A stretch of DNA of 64,000 nt from an uncultured Bacteroidota bacterium. GTDB taxonomy: Bacteria > Bacteroidota > Bacteroidia > Chitinophagales > LD1. The position numbers and the translations under genes were made by a program. The stretch is from the NCBI GenBank assembly GCA_903861145.1, contig CAIOTH010000046.1:658-64657 (forward strand). The letters run 5' to 3'. The notes below the pieces were generated by a model. It did no database searches. It was not told the origin of the DNA and was given only the letters and a program-made list of their open reading frames with translations. Shown here one piece after another: positions 52,226 through 59,939 of the stretch (position 1 is the stretch's first letter; every line of letters begins with the position of its first letter).

Positions 52226-53133
52226 TTAAGGATATGCGATTTTGGCAACGCCATTACGCACAACAATTTAAATATATAGTCGAAATTTACTTCAAAGATG
52301 AGGACGAGCTCTTCCTTCGGTTTATCAAAGGGCTTGCTGATGTCCATGCCCAATACGCTTTTGCTAAGAGCCAAGTAATATCGGATGAAGGCGAAGTCAA
52401 GATTGACAATAATTTTCTGTATGAAGTATCTGCAATTGTAGGGGAATATATTTTGGAGTTTCTCCAACAAAATCCATCTTTTGATACTCCACTGAACGGG
52501 AGAAAACTTGCAAAATTTCAGAGAGCAATAATCCATGAATATTATGCGGATGAGAAGATGCCCGCAACAAAAAGGTTGCAAATACTTGAAAGTTCCCAAA
52601 CGGCACTGTCTGATTATTGGTCAATAGAAATGGGTAGCATCCCATTTGGTATTGCGGAGCAATTTGATTTTATGCAGGCTAAGATAGATTCGCTCGGACG
52701 GAATGCGGAACAGATTGCTTCCGAACCTGATTTAATGTTTTGGGAATTCGGTTTTCAAAATCTTAGGCTGCTTGAGCAGAAATTGAAAGGTCTTCCCGCC
52801 CCTTTATTGGAAATAAATTCCAATTTGATTCCATTGTTCTCCAATCATATTGTGAATGATGCTCAAAAGGCAAATTGGAAAGGAGACCAAGTAGCCTTGA
52901 TATATATGTTATATAAAATTGCAGGAACAAAAATGAAAATCAACAATCAAAGCATCTATGAATTTGTTAGTGGACGCTTTACAGTCAAAGGCAAAACCGT
53001 TACCGCTAAAAATTTATCCTCCTCCTTAAACATGTTAATTAATGATTTCCTTTTGAAGAAAAATCGAGCCGATATACTGCCTCCGTCAATTATAACGATT
53101 GACCAAATTTTAGCATATCTCGATATTAAATAA
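52222..53133 (+). CDS. hypothetical protein of the element
   Basis: 303-aa ORF overlapping the int stop (GTG at 52222; alternative ATG at 52234). No firm motif. Confidence 0.5.
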   Translation: MIKDMRFWQRHYAQQFKYIVEIYFKDEDELFLRFIKGLADVHAQYAFAKSQVISDEGEVKIDNNFLYEVSAIVGEYILEFLQQNPSFDTPLNGRKLAKFQRAIIHEYYADEKMPATKRLQILESSQTALSDYWSIEMGSIPFGIAEQFDFMQAKIDSLGRNAEQIASEPDLMFWEFGFQNLRLLEQKLKGLPAPLLEINSNLIPLFSNHIVNDAQKANWKGDQVALIYMLYKIAGTKMKINNQSIYEFVSGRFTVKGKTVTAKNLSSSLNMLINDFLLKKNRADILPPSIITIDQILAYLDIK

Positions 53134-53281
53134 CAGGCGCGTCTCTTTCCAATATAATTCCAATATAATTCCAACTGCAACACCCCCTTCCGATTGGGCG
53201 TGATTTATTTTCGTGGCAGGTTTTAGCACATTCAGTAATTGCTTCAACCATATTACAAATACGCTTAAATATATCACCGCC

Positions 53282-53656
53282 ATGAAGAAGGAAAAGGCTT
53301 TTAACCACGAAGACAAAGAGGAAAGCTTGATTGCAGTGTTGAACCGAGTTGAACAAAAAATAGACCTGCAAAATATCCTCTTAAAAAATGTCTATGACAT
53401 AAAGCGAGCCGCCTCTTATTGCAATATAGCTGTAACCACATTGCATAAATTAAAGGACAATAAAAAAATTAAATATTCGCAACCAAACGGCAAAGGCACT
53501 ATGTGTTTTTTCAAGAGAGAGGATTTAGATAGTTACATGTTATCTAACCCAATTGAAACTTCCGAGGACATTACGAACAAAATAGCTGAAAGTGAGAGAC
53601 GCGCGGCGGATTATGTGAACCTGAACCCCGCTAAATATATGCGCGGGAAGAAATAG
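53282..53656 (+). CDS. excisionase-type helix-turn-helix DNA-binding protein
   Basis: VYDIKRAASYCNIAVTTLHKLKDNKKIKYSQPNGKGTMCFFKREDLDSYM fits the HTH_17/excisionase pattern. Start set at MKKEKAF. Confidence 0.6.
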   Translation: MKKEKAFNHEDKEESLIAVLNRVEQKIDLQNILLKNVYDIKRAASYCNIAVTTLHKLKDNKKIKYSQPNGKGTMCFFKREDLDSYMLSNPIETSEDITNKIAESERRAADYVNLNPAKYMRGKK

Positions 53657-53762
53657 GAGAGGTATTCGTAGAAGAAACAAAATGTGAAGTTGGGAAATTC
53701 GAAGCTTTTTCCTTGAATCTCAGTGTGCCCGCTCGAACCCCGAAATTCAAAAATAAATTATC

Positions 53763-54539
53763 ATGGAAATTCCTGTTCAATTAGAAACACAATACGAGAA
53801 CGGTGTCAGATACTTTCATTACGAACGGATTTCAATTGCTATATACGATGGTGGTTTGGTCGTTGTGATAATTGATGACTTTAAGCATCCTGATGGAAGG
53901 CGATTCGAAAAACTTATTGTGCTCTTCCAAGAAAGCCCGCCGCAAAAGGGACGACCCAAAAAGAAACTGATAACAAAATGCCCTGTAAACGAAGGTCGCG
54001 ACTATTTAATCTGCACTGTTCCGAACATTACTGCAAAGGAAATATCATCAGGTAACACTTGTGTCCCTGCCATTGAAGTGCTTGCAGCTTACGAAGAGTT
54101 TATCAACCATGCCTCTCGGTTCGATTGGGATTTCTTTATAGTTTTTACGTCGCATAAGTATCTCTCAGTTAGCAGATGCATATGGATTATGGAAAGGATG
54201 CGGAAGTCGCTGAGGGCAGCAGGCTCGCAAAATATGTATTGGGTAGCCGAACGATTCAACGGTAAAGAAGGTAGACATATTCACCTGTTGCTTGACATGA
54301 AAGGTCAAGGCGCAGATAAGTATGTCTTCGATTTGTGGCAAGGCTTGTCGGGCGCGAAAAAGGATAAAACGTCTGCTGTGGTTTATATACAGCCATACAA
54401 AAAAGAATTAAATGCAGGACACTACTTGACGAAGGAAATATTTACTATGAGCGATTATTATGATTTTGATTTTGCCGAAGTGGGGGAACAAATTAATGGA
54501 GGTCAAGAAAACCTGTGTTCGGCTTTGCCGAAGGAATAG
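53763..54539 (+). CDS. candidate HUH-superfamily rolling-circle replication initiator (Rep)
   Basis: Three blocks in Rep order and spacing: FFIVFT (aa 124-129), RHIHLLLD (aa 171-178, His-hydrophobic-His) and GHYLTKE (Y221-x-x-K224). Confidence 0.5.
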   Translation: MEIPVQLETQYENGVRYFHYERISIAIYDGGLVVVIIDDFKHPDGRRFEKLIVLFQESPPQKGRPKKKLITKCPVNEGRDYLICTVPNITAKEISSGNTCVPAIEVLAAYEEFINHASRFDWDFFIVFTSHKYLSVSRCIWIMERMRKSLRAAGSQNMYWVAERFNGKEGRHIHLLLDMKGQGADKYVFDLWQGLSGAKKDKTSAVVYIQPYKKELNAGHYLTKEIFTMSDYYDFDFAEVGEQINGGQENLCSALPKE

Positions 54540-54880
54540 AAGCAGAAGTAGCGCAATTGTAAATTAATTAGGAGGGAAATTCTTTCAATAAAAAAGGTCG
54601 AATAAAATGGATGAATTAGAGTCCAACGGAAACATGGTCGCCATCATGGCGCAATTAGCCTTAGTAGCAATGGCAATAGGCATAGCATCGCTGTATATCG
54701 AAAGCGGAAATGCGAAGCGGAAGTGATGACGCGCGGGCGGAATTACCGAAGGATTGCCGAAGAAATGGAATTAGCATCTGAATTTAATATCCTTCGGCAA
54801 ATTAATTAGCAGGAAATAAAGAGCCGAGTAAAAACCTTGTTTGTGTAAAGAGCGTTTGCCGAACAAATACCGAAGGAATC
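54525..54880. repeat. iteron/hairpin region downstream of the Rep-like gene (candidate ori or res site)
   Basis: TTGCCGAAGGAAT at 54525, CCGAAGGAT+TTGCCGAAG at 54746-54762, inverted ATCCTTCGGCAA at 54789-54800, TTGCCGAAC at 54856 and ACCGAAGGAATC at 54869. Confidence 0.55.
54607..54726 (+). CDS. possible 39-aa hydrophobic peptide
   Basis: Own translation: MDELESNGNMVAIMAQLALVAMAIGIASLYIESGNAKRK. One TM segment. Coding status unproven. Confidence 0.25.
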   Translation: MDELESNGNMVAIMAQLALVAMAIGIASLYIESGNAKRK

Positions 54881-54883
54881 AAA

Positions 54884-54894
54884 GGGGGGGGGGG
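54884..54894. repeat. G11 homopolymer tract
   Basis: Eleven consecutive G residues, 45 nt upstream of the 54939 ORF and 261 nt upstream of the serine recombinase gene. Confidence 0.9.
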
Positions 54895-54938
54895 TGGAAT
54901 TCAAAATCAATTATGCAAAAAATTAAAACCTAATTAAA

Positions 54939-55136
54939 ATGGACGACAAAGAAAATGAAGGCTTAAAAGATGTTCTCCTTGAGTTCTACGACTCGCACAA
55001 GAGGCTAATACTTACCGTTGGGACAATTATAGGAACGATTGGTCTTGTGTATGTTTCGGGCAAGATTTTCAAAGTCGTTGCAAAAACGGCGAATGATTTT
55101 AAAGACATGCGCTCAGCGTTGAAGCGTAAAGTATAA
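54939..55136 (+). CDS. small single-pass membrane protein
   Basis: 65 aa with an acidic N-terminus, one TM segment (LILTVGTIIGTIGLVYV) and a basic tail. Lies 18 nt upstream of the recombinase gene. Confidence 0.4.
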   Translation: MDDKENEGLKDVLLEFYDSHKRLILTVGTIIGTIGLVYVSGKIFKVVAKTANDFKDMRSALKRKV

Positions 55137-55154
55137 ACGGAAAAATTTTTACCG

Positions 55155-55805
55155 ATGAAAAACTCAGTGATATATATACGGACTTCCACAGATAAGCAGA
55201 CTCCCGAATTGCAATTGCGGGACATATCTTCTCTTGAGCCGCCCAACGATGCAATCATTTTAGAAGAAACGTTGTCCGCTTGGAAGGAAAACGTTGTCCG
55301 ACCTGCAATTATTAATCTGAGGGATATGATTAAAGTGGGCAACGTCAGCACACTCTACGTTTGGCATTTGGACAGACTTTATCGCAATAGGAAACGGCTA
55401 ATTGAGTTTTTATCACTTTGTAAAGTTCAGGGTGTAAAAATTTGCAGTTTCAATCAAAAGTGGCTCGATGCCATACAAAGAATGCCTGAGCCGTTCAATG
55501 AAGCCATGTTTGATTTTATGCTGCAAATTTTGGGATGGATGGCAGAAGATGAGTCGAAGACCAAATCGGAAAGAGTGAAGATGTCTGTGCGAGAAACTGA
55601 AAAAGGAACATTCTCATACAAGGGAAACAAATGGGGACGGAAGGCGTTACCGAAGCAAACAGAAAACCGAGTGCTTGAACTTTATGCTGAGGGTAAATCT
55701 ATTCGTGCAATAGCCGCGCAAGTGCAAATTTACGATGGCAACAAAAATGGTCGCCCCATATCTAAAAGCGCTGTCCACAAAATCATAGCAGCAAATCGGG
55801 CTTAA
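55155..55805 (+). CDS. small serine recombinase (resolvase/invertase family)
   Basis: VIYIRTSTDKQ (catalytic Ser11), LYVWHLDRLYRN (the DRLxR block) and a C-terminal HTH (LELYAEGKSIRAIAAQV). Confidence 0.9.
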   Translation: MKNSVIYIRTSTDKQTPELQLRDISSLEPPNDAIILEETLSAWKENVVRPAIINLRDMIKVGNVSTLYVWHLDRLYRNRKRLIEFLSLCKVQGVKICSFNQKWLDAIQRMPEPFNEAMFDFMLQILGWMAEDESKTKSERVKMSVRETEKGTFSYKGNKWGRKALPKQTENRVLELYAEGKSIRAIAAQVQIYDGNKNGRPISKSAVHKIIAANRA

Positions 55806-55904
55806 AAAGGTAGTAAATTATCAAGTCCAGGAATTAGTCAATTAAAGGACAGGAGAAATAGGTCAGTCGAAATATTTTTAAATTCATCACTTAAAACACA
55901 TCAA

Positions 55905-56111
55905 ATGAAAACTAAAGAGGAAAATCTGAAATGCACCAAATGCGGGTATGAAGACAATATAAGCTCATGGCACGAGAGGCAGCAATATGATAGCGACGGG
56001 CATTACCCGCCAAGTATTCAAGGCGTGAGTCCTGAATACACTCTTTGCCCTGAATGCGGCAGCTTCCTACATGTAGATTATGACTTAGACGAAGTGGGTG
56101 AAGGCGAATAA
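55905..56111 (+). CDS. small zinc-ribbon protein
   Basis: 68 aa with CTKCG ... CPECG pairs and an acidic tail. Confidence 0.45.
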   Translation: MKTKEENLKCTKCGYEDNISSWHERQQYDSDGHYPPSIQGVSPEYTLCPECGSFLHVDYDLDEVGEGE

Positions 56112-56155
56112 TCCCGATAAGGTTTAGCACAGCCTATGAAAGTTACGCATAGGCA

Positions 56156-56362
56156 TTATTTTCCGAATAATCTCTTTAGCATACCGAGCAGACTAAAAGA
56201 AGTTCGGTCATACACTCGGTTGTATGCGGCTTTATTCGGATTCGTTAACCAACCCCATCCCCTCGGCGCTCGAATGCCCAACGCGTTTTTTATAATTCGC
56301 TTTGGCGAGGTGCGGGCGCCAATCATTCGGCTAAGTGAGGGCTGACGGAAACCAAATTTCAT
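56156..56362 (-). CDS. small basic protein
   Basis: 68 aa. The block SRMIGARTSPKRIIKNALGIRAPRGWGWLTNPNKAAYNRVYDRTSF resembles, from memory only, a small basic protein family I associate with phages and mobile elements. Preferred over the overlapping plus-strand ORF. Confidence 0.45.
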   Translation of the reverse strand: MKFGFRQPSLSRMIGARTSPKRIIKNALGIRAPRGWGWLTNPNKAAYNRVYDRTSFSLLGMLKRLFGK

Positions 56363-56505
56363 ATTAACGTAGTTTTTTAATTGCCAATTAATTCGACCTG
56401 AATTTTTTCAAAAATTAAATAAAATTAAATCGGAATTTATTTCTTGCTATTCTGATTATTGATTTCCTATTTCGTCCTTTTAATCTGACATAAATATAAA
56501 AGGAC

Positions 56506-56943
56506 ATGCGGAAGAACAGTATAATTTTGAAGCCCACGTATAAGTATAAGCTCGCGGATAGAATCGAAATATCCATGATTGAGTTCGAAGCAGAGCAATT
56601 GCGAATTGATTTTATAGCTAAGCCCGATTTGCTGTATGACTACGCATGGTGGATTAATATTGAATACCGAACGTTCATTCAAGTAACGGGCACTAAAATA
56701 AGATTGCCAATGTGCGAAGTCGCAAATATTCCTCTCGCGCCGAATAAATACTACTTCGAGACCAAAGATTCCGAGCTTAAATATTCCCTATATTTTATCC
56801 TTCCGCCATCAAGCGCAAAGCGAATTGACATTATCGAAAAAGAATGGGGAGGTAATAACTCTTTTAATTTCTACGGCGTTGCATTGTCGGACAGTCTTCC
56901 GCATCCTTTATTCGAAGGCGGCGTTAAGCTTGAGCTAAACTAA
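56506..56943 (+). CDS. hypothetical protein of the element
   Basis: 145-aa ORF with no recognisable motif. Confidence 0.45.
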   Translation: MRKNSIILKPTYKYKLADRIEISMIEFEAEQLRIDFIAKPDLLYDYAWWINIEYRTFIQVTGTKIRLPMCEVANIPLAPNKYYFETKDSELKYSLYFILPPSSAKRIDIIEKEWGGNNSFNFYGVALSDSLPHPLFEGGVKLELN

Positions 56944-56986
56944 ACATCCATTGCGGATTTGTAAATATTCTAAATAAAAGGAGTGT

Positions 56987-57364
56987 TTAAATATCTCCAA
57001 ATTTTTCTTGATAGCGAAGCAAAGCTTCTTCCTTGTCCTTGAGCAGTTTTTCAAGAAGAAAAACCTTGTCTTCGTATAGCTTCTTCATTTCCTTCGACAT
57101 GTCGGTTATAATTATGCCATTATTGTTGCCTTTAATATTAGTTTGACTATTGAAGAGCTTCTGTTGGTCAAAGGCTATCAACTCTTCAACGCTAACACCT
57201 AAAACCTTTGCAATCTCTTCAAGCTTTGCGAACGTTACATCAGTTTCTCCGCCCTCAATTTTACTGTAACCCGCTTGAGTTATATGCAGCTTCTTCGCCA
57301 TGAACTCTTGAGTATAGTTTCTAAGCTCACGGATGTTCTTGATTTTGGTTCCTAACTTATTCAT
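56987..57364 (-). CDS. XRE (Cro/CI) family transcriptional regulator with C-terminal coiled coil
   Basis: IKNIRELRNYTQEFMAKKLHITQAGYSKIEGGETDVTFAKLEEIAKVLGVSVEELI is a canonical HTH_3 domain. Confidence 0.85.
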   Translation of the reverse strand: MNKLGTKIKNIRELRNYTQEFMAKKLHITQAGYSKIEGGETDVTFAKLEEIAKVLGVSVEELIAFDQQKLFNSQTNIKGNNNGIIITDMSKEMKKLYEDKVFLLEKLLKDKEEALLRYQEKFGDI

Positions 57365-57487
57365 GGGACATGTATTGGTTTATAAAATATAACGCATGCG
57401 ACTAAACAACAACTAAGTAAAGGATTTTTCAAACACTAAAGATGTTGCTTTGCGAAAATATTTTTCAAACCCCATAAAAAATTTAGT

Positions 57488-58015
57488 ATGAAAAAAATGT
57501 CCTCCTTGTTTTTGCTGTTAATGAGCGTATTGCTAATGACAGTTTCTTCGTGTTCTAAAAACGATAGCTGTCCAAACGGATTTACAGGCTCTAATTGCTC
57601 CCAACAAAAAAACCCTGTTCAAATTCAGGTTACTAAAGTAACTGTTACAAATTTTCCCTCAACAAGACTTGATGGCACTGATTGGAATTTGACTGAGTCT
57701 GCGGGACATGCCGACATCTATCCTACAATTGCGGATTCAAGTGGTAACGTGGTTTTTACCTTCCGCTCGGTATATCTATCGAATGCAAGCAACGCAAATA
57801 ATAATATTTTTACTCTAAGCACTCCTATCATTCTTTCAAATCCGTTGAGTTCTTACACGTTTACTTTATTTAATTGGAATAGCGTAGCCGCCGATGACAA
57901 CATGGGTTCAATTACAAAAATAATTTACAACAGTTCCAATAATTTCCCTACAACCATAAACCTTGATAATGGCGCAGGGCTTACCTTTCAGTTAACTGTT
58001 CAATACGTTTATTAA
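57488..58015 (+). CDS. lipoprotein of unknown function
   Basis: Lipobox VSSC followed by CPNGFTGSNC (a short EGF-like loop). The rest is beta-rich. Confidence 0.55.
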   Translation: MKKMSSLFLLLMSVLLMTVSSCSKNDSCPNGFTGSNCSQQKNPVQIQVTKVTVTNFPSTRLDGTDWNLTESAGHADIYPTIADSSGNVVFTFRSVYLSNASNANNNIFTLSTPIILSNPLSSYTFTLFNWNSVAADDNMGSITKIIYNSSNNFPTTINLDNGAGLTFQLTVQYVY

Positions 58016-58091
58016 AGAAATATTCTCTAAGCATAATGGGCAACGGTAAGAAAGCAAAATCGCTTTCAATAGCCGTTGCCCATTTTTATTT

Positions 58092-58487
58092 CTATAAGCA
58101 ACGCCTCAATTCGGCTGCTTTGATAAATTCAATCAGGCTGTTATCTACATCAAATGGCAACTCCCCTCGGTCATAGTAAGTTTTTATGATGGTGTATTTG
58201 CATGGTTTATCATAGTCCTCCATATGCTCCGATAATGGTCTCGGCTTTCTTTGTCTGCTTTCCGCATAGACAAGTATTTTACTCATTCGCACATCTTCGG
58301 ATAAAAAAGCTACAACAGCTTCCTCCCATTTGCTCAGAAGCAATTGGCGTTCTTTTATTGGGTTTGACTCTACGAATTGTTTGTATTCAAGTATCTTTTT
58401 TAGAGACCTTTCTTGCTTAGGAAAAAGATGGTAAAGGTCAAAAAAATCCAAGCCTAAGTTGTATAGGAATTTCTTAATTATCATCAT
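58092..58487 (-). CDS. hypothetical protein, divergent partner of the HEPN-motif gene
   Basis: 131-aa ORF with no recognisable motif. Shares a 154-bp intergenic region with the 58642 gene. Confidence 0.45.
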   Translation of the reverse strand: MMIIKKFLYNLGLDFFDLYHLFPKQERSLKKILEYKQFVESNPIKERQLLLSKWEEAVVAFLSEDVRMSKILVYAESRQRKPRPLSEHMEDYDKPCKYTIIKTYYDRGELPFDVDNSLIEFIKAAELRRCL

Positions 58488-58641
58488 GCGTCTAATTTGT
58501 TATCCAATATATTCCATAAAACCGAAGAAGCCCAATTCAGCTAAAAAAATTATGATAAATTATTTTTTACTCGAATTAGCTATTAAATTTCGCACGAAAT
58601 TCAAATCGCAAAAAATTATCTAATTACCAAAAAAAACCATA

Positions 58642-59571
58642 ATGTATATAGACTTTCATAAGTATAACTACGACCTTGTATCAGCCACCGATAAGCAGGG
58701 CTATATTGACCGTGACAAAGAATCTTACAAGTCCGTGCTTCGAAAATGGCTTGAAGATAATTTAAATGACATCGTTAATAGGAAATGGGAAGTGGAGGAG
58801 ATATATTTCCTTAAAGACGTTAGCGATTTTATTAAACTATTGCGCGAAGCTGAAACGATTTATGAATTAGGCTTTTATACGAGTTGCATTGCACTTATTG
58901 GAGTATCAGCGGAAGATTTTAGCAAATTTTTATCCATTAAAGTTGGGCAGGCGGCGTATGCTGAGGAGAAGCAGTGGCGAAGATTGAAATTGCTATTGGA
59001 TAATGGATATATCACACAAGCGATATTTGACCTTTTAGATAATATAAGGGAGGTTAGAAACGATTGTTTACACTATGACCAAGATTTTAAGCAAAAGACC
59101 GATGCCGAATTGAAACAGGACAGTTTAACTGTGCTCAACAACCTGAAAAATGTCCTGAAAATAACAATCGGGCTGACGGGCTCTTTTGACAAAGAAGGTC
59201 TTTTAGAAATTATTGAGGAAATCAGTTCGACAACTACGGATGCGCGAAATTTCGATGAGGTTCAGGTTAAAATTAAAAATGCTGTATCCCATCTCTTAAA
59301 GTTTCCTATTGCATTTAACCCGCAGGAAAAATTTCAGGTTCGGTTTAAGTCCTTTGAAGTGGTAGGGATTGACGATGATGAAATTACTTTGAAAGAACTG
59401 CCCTCTCAACTTCGCGTTTTTGTGGAACTTCCGCAAGCAGCTAAAGACTTAATTGACGCTAAAGGCATAGCGGCTGGCGATGTTGTATTCGCTTCTATTT
59501 ATTCAATTGTAGATGCTAATGGTATGACCGCTGAATGGAATTTGCTTGACATTCAGAAAACCGCTGCGTAA
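58642..59571 (+). CDS. HEPN-motif protein (DUF4145/Abi-like helical domain plus unknown C-terminal domain)
   Basis: Helical block LLREAETIYELGFYTSCIALIGVSAEDFSKFL, then DNIREVRNDCLHYD with R139-N-D-C-L-H144 (the R-x4-H HEPN motif; nt 59056-59073). C-terminal about 130 aa unassigned. Confidence 0.5.
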   Translation: MYIDFHKYNYDLVSATDKQGYIDRDKESYKSVLRKWLEDNLNDIVNRKWEVEEIYFLKDVSDFIKLLREAETIYELGFYTSCIALIGVSAEDFSKFLSIKVGQAAYAEEKQWRRLKLLLDNGYITQAIFDLLDNIREVRNDCLHYDQDFKQKTDAELKQDSLTVLNNLKNVLKITIGLTGSFDKEGLLEIIEEISSTTTDARNFDEVQVKIKNAVSHLLKFPIAFNPQEKFQVRFKSFEVVGIDDDEITLKELPSQLRVFVELPQAAKDLIDAKGIAAGDVVFASIYSIVDANGMTAEWNLLDIQKTAA

Positions 59572-59939
59572 AATCAATGGAAGTTCGGGTTTAGTCAGTT
59601 TATTTATTAAGCCTCAAAATCTAATTTAACACCGTTAAGCTCCCTTGCATCATGTTAGTGTGTAATTGAGCTAAAAATGGCTTCAAAATCGTTTTGGCAA
59701 TTGATTTGAGCTTAGGTTGGGGTTTACATTCCAACAAATCTTCTAAACATAGCATTTGGTTGAGGATAAAGTTATGGTGCGCCTGCACAATGAATCAGCG
59801 CAATGCTTGGCTTTTACTATGCTCCGCAAATTTGCTGAACATCACTTTTTATTGGTGTGGGATTACTTTTTATCGCGGATTTTGTTGCTCATTTGTTGCC
59901 CGAAACGCTGAAACCCTTGATAATACAGGGGTCTTCACT

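Noticed and set aside
52222-53133. RteC-like regulator call for the 303-aa protein after the integrase
   Set aside because: There is only a loose resemblance in the C-terminal part (W-K-G-x4-L-x4-Y ... F pattern). I could not see the central aromatic-rich RteC block, so it stays hypothetical.
56136-56345. Plus-strand 69-aa ORF overlapping the small basic protein gene
   Set aside because: The minus-strand frame (56156-56362) gives a basic peptide that looked to me like a small protein type I associate with phages and mobile elements. The plus-strand product looks random.
57530-57610. EGF-like domain in the 57488 lipoprotein
   Set aside because: Only one short Cys loop (CPNGFTGSNC) is present. 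The full six-cysteine EGF pattern is absent.
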